Below, piece after piece: positions 1-9,537 of a stretch of DNA of 64,000 nucleotides. Origin of the DNA: a virus (Duplodnaviria > Caudoviricetes); IMG/VR virus record IMGVR_UViG_3300031466_000001, positions 64,001 to 128,000 of that record; one strand, written 5' to 3'. Each line of letters opens with the position of its first letter. Position 1 is the first letter of the stretch. The notes under the pieces were generated by a model, which did not search any database, was not told where the DNA came from, and was given only the letters and a program-made list of their open reading frames with translations. A program made the position numbers and the translations under genes.

Positions 1-119
1 GGTTTATATGGGAGTTCAAAAGCATGAGGTCCATAAAATTGGTCGACCATCTGATTTAGGATCTTATTTGCTTCAAACCATTCTGGAAAAATTCTATTTG
101 AAGTAGAATCAATATTCAT
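1..119 (-). CDS. hypothetical protein (partial, runs off left edge)
   Basis: ATG at 119 with GGTGA-type RBS; frame open to the window edge (MNIDSTSNRIFPEWF...). Confidence 0.55.
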   Translation of the reverse strand, partial: MNIDSTSNRIFPEWFEANKILNQMVDQFYGPHAFELPYK

Positions 120-146
120 TATATATCACCATCTTTCTTTTACTAT

Positions 147-386
147 TCATTTATTTTTCAATTCAAAATATTCCTGTAATGATGCTAAGTGTTTAGTCCT
201 CCTCATGAAAGTTTGTTTTGTAAAAAGCGCAAGTTCTTTATAATCTTCATCACCAAATAATTCATATAGGGTCATGAAGTCATTATATTCATCGAGCAAT
301 TCGTCCACTTCTTTTCTAATATACTCGATCATTTTTTCAACATCGAAATTAGGTGAATCTTCATACCACTTGCTAATTTTAATCAC
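147..386 (-). CDS. hypothetical protein
   Basis: 79-aa ORF, co-oriented with neighbours. Confidence 0.65.
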   Translation of the reverse strand: MIKISKWYEDSPNFDVEKMIEYIRKEVDELLDEYNDFMTLYELFGDEDYKELALFTKQTFMRRTKHLASLQEYFELKNK

Positions 387-453
387 CCCACTCTTATTTA
401 TTATAAAAAAAATAAGGAGAAAGACAGTCGAATATCTGTCTTTCTCCTTACTG

Positions 454-1971
454 TTATATCTGATTTAAAAAGTTCAAGAATTCATCAGACAGGATATCCG
501 GCGTATTGATTTCAATCTTATTCCCAAGCTTTTCTGGATAATCATAATCCACTATCGTGAAATGAGAGTTGAGAAGGATTGAGAGTAGATTTATGATAAT
601 GTTGTTTTTATTCAGCTCATCAACTACTATACCGAATTTTTCTTGGAGAATAGATTGATACACCGGAGAGTTACGAACCTTTTCCAGAAACTTCTGATTC
701 TGAATAGTCCGTTTGATAAGCTTTTCAACGTTTCCGGATAAGATCATAGGAAGATAGATGAATCCTTGATATTGGAGACGTTTTTTCAGTATCAACATGA
801 GCTTGATATATTGAGAGCGTGTCAAGAGATTAATATCTCTATACCCACCGAAATACTTCGCATAGAAGTAACCTACGAGCTGAACTTGAAATTTGTTGAT
901 CTTGTGATGTTGCTCGTAGAATCTAAGCTCATCTTTGTCGATATCGATACCGAATCGTTTTTTTATCTTTTTGATCGTCTTCTTTATATTAACAGAAGAC
1001 AAGATAACCAAGGACTCATCGATTTTGGCCGAGTTCATTTCAAGCTTATCAATACCGCTCAAACCCTCTGAGTCCTTCGTTGTGGTCAATTCTCTCATCG
1101 TATAATTGTATGGTGTTATTGAAAAGAAGCCAAGCTGTTTATCCAAGACAACGGAGTTGAAACTGATGATGTTTTTGTGGAATCTATATTTCACCATCGT
1201 CTCGGAAATGATGTTCTCTTTCAGCAATGTGTCCATATAGATAAGCGGGTCCATACCCATGATCTCCCGCTGATTCCATATGACACTGTTATTACTATAG
1301 TGCCGTTTTATCTTCGACTCTACAGTTATTCGAAGTTTCAGATAGATATCAACCTTGTCGTCCCACATATAGAACAGATGTTCATAGAAGATGAACAATG
1401 GGGTCTCTTTGTCCTTGATGATGTTATTCCTATTGATATAGTGGAACAACACCGGAACCATGAGTTTCATTCCCATTGAAATCTTCATCATGATTTTTGC
1501 GTGCTCATTGGTGAATTCCAATGTCTCCGCATACTTGATGTTGTTTTTGGACTTAAGGTCGATATAATAATTATCCTCAACCATACGGTTAATTTTCTCT
1601 TTCATCGATTCGGTAAACAATACCGAGTAAAGCATTTTGATGAAAACTTTTCTTTTGATGCGTTTTTTCTTGTTGTCGATTTGATGCTTGAGCATCAGGT
1701 AAGCCATAAGCAGCTCATTATCCGTATCGTAAAACTTGATGAAATAGTTAATATACAAAGCAATTTCGGGCAACTGTTTAACATACGAATCTTTCTTGAT
1801 TACGAATACGTTAAAACCTTTGTTACCCTTCTTGAAAATTTCATCAAACGGAATAATCAGAAGCTTTCCGTCACAACGAACAATCTCGTCTTTAGGATTC
1901 TTATAGACGATCTCATTTTCACTCGCTCCTTTAGCCCATTCATCAACCCTTATAAAATCCTGCTTATTCAT
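454..1971 (-). CDS. putative non-virion RNA polymerase promoter-specificity (sigma-like) subunit, AR9 gp226-like
   Basis: 505-aa ORF two genes downstream of the chaperonin, matching the recalled AR9 order gp228 (chaperonin)-gp227-gp226. Similar size and an early promoter upstream. Assigned by synteny, not motif. Confidence 0.55.
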   Translation of the reverse strand: MNKQDFIRVDEWAKGASENEIVYKNPKDEIVRCDGKLLIIPFDEIFKKGNKGFNVFVIKKDSYVKQLPEIALYINYFIKFYDTDNELLMAYLMLKHQIDNKKKRIKRKVFIKMLYSVLFTESMKEKINRMVEDNYYIDLKSKNNIKYAETLEFTNEHAKIMMKISMGMKLMVPVLFHYINRNNIIKDKETPLFIFYEHLFYMWDDKVDIYLKLRITVESKIKRHYSNNSVIWNQREIMGMDPLIYMDTLLKENIISETMVKYRFHKNIISFNSVVLDKQLGFFSITPYNYTMRELTTTKDSEGLSGIDKLEMNSAKIDESLVILSSVNIKKTIKKIKKRFGIDIDKDELRFYEQHHKINKFQVQLVGYFYAKYFGGYRDINLLTRSQYIKLMLILKKRLQYQGFIYLPMILSGNVEKLIKRTIQNQKFLEKVRNSPVYQSILQEKFGIVVDELNKNNIIINLLSILLNSHFTIVDYDYPEKLGNKIEINTPDILSDEFLNFLNQI

Positions 1972-2024
1972 TATCCCTAACCGCCACCCTCTATTTTAAA
2001 TTTGTTTCTCCACATCCTACCATT

Positions 2025-2034
2025 ATAATATATA
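2025..2034 (-). promoter_or_regulatory. early-type phage promoter motif TATATATTAT
   Basis: ATAATATATA on + strand, 54 bp upstream of the 1971 start; same motif recurs upstream of many replication/transcription genes. Confidence 0.7.
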
Positions 2035-2036
2035 AT

Positions 2037-2858
2037 TTATTTAGGTCTTATTCTCGATATGGATGATTTGCGAGGTTTAATTTTTCCTTTGTCCATAAAT
2101 TTTACTAAATCATCATCCTTGGATTGTCTAGATGTGGAAGTGGCAGTTCTCTTTGTGATGCCCGTTGTTTTATTAGAGGATCTGTTTTTGGAAGAAGTAT
2201 CTTTCTTGGATTTCCTTTTTTCTTCCTCTTCTTCGCGCTTAATTCTATTATTTTCACGCTGGATTTCTCTTTCAATAGTCTCAGTATGTCTAATCTTTTT
2301 AAGAAACTCATCCTTGTTAAATTTTTTAGCTATGAGTTCAATAGCCGACTTTACCATATACTTAGAAGCATTATTCAAAATATGCTGACAAGCAAAAAAG
2401 ATGGTTTTTTCATAACTGACGATTTCACCAGGATTTCGAGTAACCGGAGGATTTTCGAATACCCTCTCATCAAATTTACCAGCAAGTTCTTCCACAAAGA
2501 GTCCGTTGAGGTTAAAAGCATAAGCATATGTGTACGTAAAACTAGGGCTGTTTGAGAAGAATTTTACATAGTATTGATTGAGATTTTTATGTTCTGTGGC
2601 ACCCTCAGATGGTATGAAGTGAAGGACTACGTCATATGTATTCCTTCTTTTAGTATTTTCACTAGGTATAATCAAATGAAAAAAATATGATTGACCATAG
2701 CTATAAATCGTCACAGAGATTTTTTTATCAGGTTTTGAAAGCAACAACTCCAGGCGATTTCGTAAATCATTTTGAATTAACTGTCTACCGGGAATGGCAT
2801 TGCTGCCTTTACCCATCGGATTGTCAACAAACTCCCTAAGCGTTTGGAGGATAAACAT
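2037..2858 (-). CDS. conserved jumbo-phage hypothetical protein with basic C-terminal tail
   Basis: ORF 2037..2882; likely start ATG 2858 after AAGGGGG. Confidence 0.8.
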   Translation of the reverse strand: MFILQTLREFVDNPMGKGSNAIPGRQLIQNDLRNRLELLLSKPDKKISVTIYSYGQSYFFHLIIPSENTKRRNTYDVVLHFIPSEGATEHKNLNQYYVKFFSNSPSFTYTYAYAFNLNGLFVEELAGKFDERVFENPPVTRNPGEIVSYEKTIFFACQHILNNASKYMVKSAIELIAKKFNKDEFLKKIRHTETIEREIQRENNRIKREEEEEKRKSKKDTSSKNRSSNKTTGITKRTATSTSRQSKDDDLVKFMDKGKIKPRKSSISRIRPK

Positions 2859-2922
2859 AATAAACCCCCTTGTATATATCAATAGGGGATGGTGGTTCCA
2901 TCCCCTATTGATATTTATTTTT

Positions 2923-4680
2923 TTATTCGATGTCTGTGTCGCTTTTGATGGTCAAGAATTGGTTACTGCCCATGATCAGCGCAACAATAGAAGTTGCGGC
3001 CTTTGTGATTTCGATATCGGTAAAGCAAGGATTGATAACATCCGAGCTATATTGGTGTGTTATAAGGTTGTAGACTTTTTGATCTTCAACACACTTATCT
3101 ACGATTTGCATAATTTCTTCATCACTCAACGAAGTTCCTTCAAAACCATTTTTCAATACAATAGAAAATACCGAACGAAATGCTTTACTAAAGAGAGTGT
3201 AGATAGTTTCTTCATATTCGACTTCCATGGTCTCTTTTATAAGATCTTTGATAATGATCGGAATAATCAAATTACCACCAATGTTGTAACCATAGTTGAA
3301 CGCAGATTCACATGCGCGAACTGCGTCTTCAACAAGGTCAAAATTTGCACCTTTTTCGAGCGAAGAATTACCACCAACATGAATAACACCCATTTTTCCG
3401 GCAAGCTTAGAAACACGTTTCTTGAGATCGTAAACTTCCGGATTGGGCACATTGAGTTCCATATTGGTCTCTTCGGCTTTTTTATATTTGGTGATTGCAT
3501 CAGTCAACGCAACCTTATAAAGTTCTTCATTTCTCTTTACGAACCCGCTAATCGTCGTTACAGACGGGCCGATCGTGATCTTCTTGGCTTCACCAACGAA
3601 GTCGTCGAGGGGGAACAATTTTTCTTTCTTATTTTCTTGCCCTTCTTCACTCTCATCCTCTTCATTGAGTCCAAGAAGTTCCCTCATATCATTTTCCCGG
3701 AAGATACGGCATCCGGCCATGATTGAAAAATCGTTGTAGAATTCGTGTTGAAGATTATTCACCAACGTTGCACGAGCATAGACAACCTGAGTGGTGCGGG
3801 ATGCTTTAACCTCAAGTTGTACAGTCGAACGAAGGTAGTTCAAGAAAGTTTCATCGTATCTAGGAGCGATAACGACAAGTCTGCGTCCAGATTGCATTGC
3901 AACTTGAATCACATGTTGGATAACATGCTCGAAATGATTTTCCCTATCGACCCTATGATCAAACATGAGAATCAACGGGTTATTAATTTCACATGTTCCA
4001 TCGTCAGAGTTATTGATATAGATGGTATCCAAATAGGAAATCGGAGCTTGATAACCGTCAATGATTTCAAAGAATGTACGATTTGTTCTCGATTTAACAT
4101 ATTCGATGGATGGATTCTTTGTTTTCTCATAGATTTCTCGAATCATACGGGCGATTTTATCGTCCCCGTTAGTGGAAACGAATGCCAATTTATAAATCTC
4201 ATTGAGACCTTCCGTAGTTTCAATGTCGATCTTCTTGGACCGTTTAAGGATTTCCACAGAAATTCTTTCTGCAACCTTAGTGAGAGAGTCAATGAGATCT
4301 TTGGGACGAATTTTGCTCAATACAGGGTCGGATTCGATAGTTTTGAGAAGTTGGTTAGCAGCAACGATAGAAGAAGTACTACCATCGCCGACTTTGATAA
4401 CTACTTGTGCCGCAATATTCACAAGAAGTTGCATAATCGTGTTGTCAATGCTTTCAGAAAACTGAATTTTTTTGAGGATGTTCCAACCGTCTTTCGTAAT
4501 GTGAACATCCCCAAACCTCTCAATAATTGTATTAGAACCGGCGGGACCCAGAGTATTTTTGAGCATTCCTGCCACAGATTCAAAAACAGCACGCACTCTG
4601 TTTCTGAACGTATCCCGATCGATTACATTCCATTTACTCAATACCTTAACATTTTCGGGAGTTGCAATAGTTTCGCTCAT
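2923..4680 (-). CDS. groEL: phage GroEL-like chaperonin
   Basis: Cpn60 motifs TLGPAG, ITKDG, VGDGSTS (GDGTTT-like), VEDAVRA, GG; 585 aa. Confidence 0.93.
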   Translation of the reverse strand: MSETIATPENVKVLSKWNVIDRDTFRNRVRAVFESVAGMLKNTLGPAGSNTIIERFGDVHITKDGWNILKKIQFSESIDNTIMQLLVNIAAQVVIKVGDGSTSSIVAANQLLKTIESDPVLSKIRPKDLIDSLTKVAERISVEILKRSKKIDIETTEGLNEIYKLAFVSTNGDDKIARMIREIYEKTKNPSIEYVKSRTNRTFFEIIDGYQAPISYLDTIYINNSDDGTCEINNPLILMFDHRVDRENHFEHVIQHVIQVAMQSGRRLVVIAPRYDETFLNYLRSTVQLEVKASRTTQVVYARATLVNNLQHEFYNDFSIMAGCRIFRENDMRELLGLNEEDESEEGQENKKEKLFPLDDFVGEAKKITIGPSVTTISGFVKRNEELYKVALTDAITKYKKAEETNMELNVPNPEVYDLKKRVSKLAGKMGVIHVGGNSSLEKGANFDLVEDAVRACESAFNYGYNIGGNLIIPIIIKDLIKETMEVEYEETIYTLFSKAFRSVFSIVLKNGFEGTSLSDEEIMQIVDKCVEDQKVYNLITHQYSSDVINPCFTDIEITKAATSIVALIMGSNQFLTIKSDTDIE

Positions 4681-4780
4681 CTGATCTTTCTCCTCCTGTA
4701 TTTTTATGGTCTTTCTTCATAATTACTGGCTATATTTACCAGCATCCGGTAAAAATATTAGCCCTGTAACTATGAATCTC

Positions 4781-4792
4781 TAATAAAATGTT
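4781..4792 (-). promoter_or_regulatory. late-type phage promoter AACA-N6-TA
   Basis: AACA-TTTTAT-TA upstream of the chaperonin. Confidence 0.6.
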
Positions 4793-4828
4793 AGGGGAGT
4801 AGTAGAATATTATCTACTACTCCCATTT

Positions 4829-5545
4829 TTAACCGAATGCAAAATGTTCTTCTGTCAAGTCTAGAGGCACGAATTGAGCAAAGTCGAATCCGTATTTTTT
4901 GGCCATTTCTTTGCTGTCTATTTTAAGACTGAGCTCCCCATTTTCATCAAGCTTAAAATTGTAGCCATAAGAAGCTAAGAGAACCGTTGTATTTTTTAAT
5001 TTATCTGTAGGAGCTATTTTCATAAGCTGTGTAATGTCATTTAAGACAAAGGCAGTTATAGGTTGATCCACCTTGGATACAACTTCCGCTAAATCTCCAA
5101 CAACATATGAGATTTTTTCCATAGTCCCTGCAGTTGTTTGAATATCTAGATGTATTCTTGGATCATATTTGGGCGAATAGATGTAGATCTTCTTTGTAAA
5201 ACGTTGTGATATTAATAACGGTAGTGATTGACCAAATTTAAGCAGTTCTGAAGCACTATATAAATTTGGAATGCGCGATTTGAGTTCTATTAAGGTCCCT
5301 TCATAGTCAAATTCTTTTTTTGCTAAATATTCAAACACATTGACTTCCGATCTTTGTACACACAATCGGGTCAAGTTTTTAAAATTATAGTCTGAAATTT
5401 CTTCTAGATTAAGGTAATCAGAATAAACATCTTTATATTTTTCGAGTATGGTATAGAGTAATATAGGATATGGACTTTTAATGACTTCCTCGTAAATCAT
5501 AAAAAATGTTTCGGTTTTATATCTTTCGGCTGTAGGGTCCCACAT
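4829..5545 (-). CDS. hypothetical protein
   Basis: 238-aa ORF with AGGTGA RBS. Confidence 0.8.
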   Translation of the reverse strand: MWDPTAERYKTETFFMIYEEVIKSPYPILLYTILEKYKDVYSDYLNLEEISDYNFKNLTRLCVQRSEVNVFEYLAKKEFDYEGTLIELKSRIPNLYSASELLKFGQSLPLLISQRFTKKIYIYSPKYDPRIHLDIQTTAGTMEKISYVVGDLAEVVSKVDQPITAFVLNDITQLMKIAPTDKLKNTTVLLASYGYNFKLDENGELSLKIDSKEMAKKYGFDFAQFVPLDLTEEHFAFG

Positions 5546-5560
5546 CCGACATCACCTATT

Positions 5561-6595
5561 TTACTCGACATTAAGCATCCGTTTGAAGTGATCCAGCGCA
5601 TATTGTGCTCTGGAAAGCCAGGAATTTTTCTTGGCAATAGCTTGACGTGTTACTACCTTATCCGGCGAATTTTCTCTAATTGCTTGAGAAATTACATTAA
5701 TGATATTATTTACATCTCCGAAGTAAACCACGTCGCGGAACTTTTCAAGCTCTTGCATCTTAGATGCAACAACAGGTTTACCTGCACTGAGATATTCATA
5801 ACATTTAACCGGGTCGCAACCCGAAATCATTTTGGTAAGTTTAAACGGAATAATTGCGACATCGAACCAAGAAAGATACCTCGGAAGCTCATTGTATTTC
5901 TTCATCGGTAAGGAAGTAATATTTTTATGCTCGATGGGGATATTGTAGAGGTTATTCCTGCCGATCATTACCACAGGGAAATAGTCGGCAATGGTTTTTA
6001 CCAACTCTACATCCAACCAGGTATAAATTGCTCCATAATAGCCGATAAGGAATCTATTTCCTACCGTCGGCATATCTCTAGGACGTTCCAGTCTCTTTAC
6101 AGCAGGTGAGAAATGGTCATAGTCTGCGCCATTGGGAACCAGAATTGTATTTACACCACGTCTAATATGTTCATCATAGATCACCTTAGCGCTTGCACAG
6201 GTAAGATCTGTTTTTTGCTCCATAATAGGAACTACATTTTTCCAAGCAGAAAATTCATCGGTAGCGAGATCGCACGAATCAAACACAGACAGATCGTGCG
6301 GTGTTTCGTCGATAAATTTTCCTTGATTTACAGCAGCGTAAATAACAACTTTACCCTTAATGAGATGCTTATAATCTACACCCTGCTTGACAATTGTGAA
6401 GTTTGGAAGATCCTTAAATGGTCTAACAATGTCCGGTACGTTTGGAAAGATATTTGCGGGATTGATATAAATAACATTGGCCCCTGCTTGGGCAAATGCT
6501 TTCATAAGTTGCTGAGGTCTTTGATGCATAAAGTTATAATCCATGGACGGCGGATAGATTATCGTGATGGTCTCTTTCCCCATTGGGTGATTCAC
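5561..6595 (-). CDS. GT-B glycosyltransferase (TuaH-like / GT4-related)
   Basis: QRPQQLM N-terminal motif, VPNGADY, IGYYGAI, DPVKCYEYLSAGKPVV. Confidence 0.9.
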   Translation of the reverse strand: MNHPMGKETITIIYPPSMDYNFMHQRPQQLMKAFAQAGANVIYINPANIFPNVPDIVRPFKDLPNFTIVKQGVDYKHLIKGKVVIYAAVNQGKFIDETPHDLSVFDSCDLATDEFSAWKNVVPIMEQKTDLTCASAKVIYDEHIRRGVNTILVPNGADYDHFSPAVKRLERPRDMPTVGNRFLIGYYGAIYTWLDVELVKTIADYFPVVMIGRNNLYNIPIEHKNITSLPMKKYNELPRYLSWFDVAIIPFKLTKMISGCDPVKCYEYLSAGKPVVASKMQELEKFRDVVYFGDVNNIINVISQAIRENSPDKVVTRQAIAKKNSWLSRAQYALDHFKRMLNVE

Positions 6596-6603
6596 TCCCT
6601 CAG

Positions 6604-7284
6604 TTATTTTTGAACCTCAGGTAAAAGATATTTACCCGGAGCAAATACATGGGTTGCCTGAATACTAGTGTCACAATATAGTTTATAGCCGGCTTTTTGC
6701 GCCTCTTCACAGAATACATAGTCTTCCCCATATGTTTCATTAAGTCCATAACGCACACCGGCTTCAATAACATCTCGACGAATTATGTAAACTGCACCGG
6801 TTGTATCCACTTCTAATATTCCAGATCTGAGATTTTTTGGCTGTCTACCTTTAATTAAGATATTGTGCGCATAAATAACATCAGAATTTTTAATTAATGC
6901 AGAAATAATAGCTTTTCCAGACATAATGAGATCAATAATAGTAGTTGGACTATCGAGTATGATATCACTATCTATAGAGAATGCGTATTCACAATCAGAT
7001 TTGAGGAATTCCTCAAGAAATACATTGCGAACTGTCGCAAGATCTTCGAAAGAATAATGACCTCTTGTCCATTGTTTTCTGGGATGTTCGATATCATGAA
7101 CTACATAATTAATCCCGTTCTTTTTAAGAATCATTTCCGTATCGTCAGTGCTGTTATTCAATACATAGCAATATTTTGGAATGATTCCTTGTTGTTTGAA
7201 GAGTGAGTCTAAATGCTCTTGGAAGACCCACCCTCTATTACGAACAGGACCGCCAATGAAGACTTTATACATGGGATACACCAA
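6604..7284 (-). CDS. GT-A (family 2-like) glycosyltransferase
   Basis: GGPVRNR, NNSTD, DxD motif SIDSD, GED.FC. Confidence 0.85.
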   Translation of the reverse strand: MVYPMYKVFIGGPVRNRGWVFQEHLDSLFKQQGIIPKYCYVLNNSTDDTEMILKKNGINYVVHDIEHPRKQWTRGHYSFEDLATVRNVFLEEFLKSDCEYAFSIDSDIILDSPTTIIDLIMSGKAIISALIKNSDVIYAHNILIKGRQPKNLRSGILEVDTTGAVYIIRRDVIEAGVRYGLNETYGEDYVFCEEAQKAGYKLYCDTSIQATHVFAPGKYLLPEVQK

Positions 7285-7390
7285 CCTCGCCCCGTTTAAG
7301 TATAATTATAGGTTTGTACGTTTATTAACGATTTATATTTTAACAAAAAAAAGAGACTATGATAGGAATAGCTATCATAGTCCCTTTTTG

Positions 7391-8197
7391 TTAAGACATA
7401 TAGTTATCAATGTCGTCGAGGTTAGCTAATGTAGCAGTAGGAGCTTCATAGCTACTTTCTCCACGGGAGGGCGATTGATTCACATGGCTAGTAAATACTC
7501 CACCTCCACCACTATTGCGACCATAACCATAACGTTGTTGGCTAGGTACGCCAACTTTGGTGGCGATATCTTCAATTCTTCCCATGAGTTTATCACGGAA
7601 GAATTTGTTTACGAAGCGATCCGCATGAACGGTGGAATTGGACAAACCAATTTTAGCAGCCTTGAGTACTTCATAGAAGGTAATGAACTCACTCTGAATA
7701 TTTTGAGTGATTTCAAATTCACCTTTTTCTGCATCATAGTTATCCACCGTATATGAAGTACGGAAATTATATTTGATAAACTCCTTAGGAAGCATGGTCT
7801 TCTCATCCAGACCTTTGAAAATAGCGAAATATACAACTGGAGTATCATCCTCAATTTGTACACCGACACCAACCAGGGTGTCACCACCAACGGGAACACC
7901 TTTAAAGATCTTCTTCTTGTTTTCAATAGCCGGAAGAATGTGTTCCTCGATTTGTTTGATGATTACAAGCAACTTTTCAAGAGTAATAGCAGTCGAGATG
8001 ACTTTCGAATAATCGAAAAATTCATTTTCCGACCGTTTCGATTCATCCAACGGAGGATGAAGTTTAATGGAAAGAAGTGAATTCCAGTAACCAATAACCA
8101 TTGTCGACGGGGAAGACCCCTGGCTATTTTTGAATTGAATTGCGGTAGTGTTTATGTTGACTTGTTCACGGTTGTTTGAATTCGATTGAAGATTCAT
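7391..8197 (-). CDS. conserved phage protein, possibly single-stranded DNA-binding protein
   Basis: beta-rich core, Gly/Ser-rich linker and acidic-hydrophobic C-terminal tip (LDDIDNYMS); function inferred. Confidence 0.4.
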   Translation of the reverse strand: MNLQSNSNNREQVNINTTAIQFKNSQGSSPSTMVIGYWNSLLSIKLHPPLDESKRSENEFFDYSKVISTAITLEKLLVIIKQIEEHILPAIENKKKIFKGVPVGGDTLVGVGVQIEDDTPVVYFAIFKGLDEKTMLPKEFIKYNFRTSYTVDNYDAEKGEFEITQNIQSEFITFYEVLKAAKIGLSNSTVHADRFVNKFFRDKLMGRIEDIATKVGVPSQQRYGYGRNSGGGGVFTSHVNQSPSRGESSYEAPTATLANLDDIDNYMS

Positions 8198-8351
8198 CTG
8201 GTTAGCCTCCTATATTTTTTTAATTATTATAAAGTTTTAAATATAGTATATTATTATTATTTATGGCGACAATTTTCCCTTATTCTTCCTATTTGGTAGA
8301 TATGGATAGAGCTTTGTCCAATCGTCATCTAAAACGTTCTCAACCCATCTC

Positions 8352-8558
8352 TCACAAACAAGGGTGCTTGTTATCCATTGAAGGACAATCTTCTTTCAAT
8401 TCCCCACTTTTATATGCATCAATTACTTCAAGTGCGATATATTTTTTAATACTGTCGAAGTGTTTATCCATGTCAATTCCTTTTTCCAATGCGGCAATAC
8501 GTTCTTCTTGATATTGTCTACACAGTTGAATAATACGTTTTAATCTATCAGGTTTCAT
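8352..8558 (-). CDS. hypothetical protein
   Basis: 68-aa ORF with GAGGTG RBS. Confidence 0.65.
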   Translation of the reverse strand: MKPDRLKRIIQLCRQYQEERIAALEKGIDMDKHFDSIKKYIALEVIDAYKSGELKEDCPSMDNKHPCL

Positions 8559-8624
8559 GTAATGTCACCTCTTTATTTTAGAAAAATTATTAAAATAAAG
8601 GAATTTTAAAAAGCCCAAGAGTGT

Positions 8625-9065
8625 TTACCTCTTGGGCTTTTTATTCATCTTTCTAAGTCGTTTTTCGAGTTCCCTACGTTGCTTGCGATTCATAAATGGA
8701 ATAACATTCCCGGCATCATTTACAATATCTCCGCCTGGAATCGAGTCAGCCACAAATGAATTATCGTGCGCTATACCATACATTGATGCAGCTTGATTTT
8801 TTCTAATATTTCTAGCCATGAATTCAGGCATCTGAATATCATTCCTAGAAATAATTTTGCTCTCTTTTAATACTCTTTTATTGATTTCCCTCATGGCTTC
8901 ATTATCTTCCAGTTCGGAAATATTTTCTACGGTATCATTATGAATTTTTACTTGAGTTTTAAGATATTCTCCCATGTCAGTCTCAAGTTCTTCTTTGGAC
9001 AAATTTTCATCAGCCAATCTTTTTTCAATTTCTTCCCGCATGAGTTCTTGTTTATCGATAGACAT
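8625..9065 (-). CDS. hypothetical protein
   Basis: ORF 8625..9080; likely start ATG 9065 after GAGGAGG. Confidence 0.75.
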   Translation of the reverse strand: MSIDKQELMREEIEKRLADENLSKEELETDMGEYLKTQVKIHNDTVENISELEDNEAMREINKRVLKESKIISRNDIQMPEFMARNIRKNQAASMYGIAHDNSFVADSIPGGDIVNDAGNVIPFMNRKQRRELEKRLRKMNKKPKR

Positions 9066-9104
9066 TTTTATCCTCCTCACGGTTATTATAGAGAATAAAA
9101 AATG

Positions 9105-9407
9105 CTATTTTCTGACATCCTTAATTTTAAATCTCTCTATCGATTCATTGTAATCCCTCTGCATTATACGCTTTATCCAAAATTTGTACGGCCACGGGAA
9201 GATATTGACAGGTTCCCCATTTTTCATGAATGCTCGTTCTTGAATTAAAAACGTATGATTTAGGATGTAATCGTATCTGTGATAAAAATTAAGAGCATCC
9301 CATTCACTTTCGAATATATATGTGGCTTCGGTATATTTGTCAAATTTAATATATACTTCCCAGATATCGGGTTTTTTCTTAAAAAAACTGAAGATTCTTT
9401 TTATCAT
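9105..9407 (-). CDS. hypothetical protein
   Basis: ORF 9105..9515; likely start ATG 9407 after GAGG. Confidence 0.65.
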   Translation of the reverse strand: MIKRIFSFFKKKPDIWEVYIKFDKYTEATYIFESEWDALNFYHRYDYILNHTFLIQERAFMKNGEPVNIFPWPYKFWIKRIMQRDYNESIERFKIKDVRK

Positions 9408-9537
9408 ATATTTAACCTCTTTCTTGGATTCCTCCTCTTGAATAGGAAAAATAAAGGAATTTAAGACAATGTATATTGAAAAATTAATTTTATCGATGTA
9501 AACATACCAAACCAATCATCAATTATTTTTTTTATTA

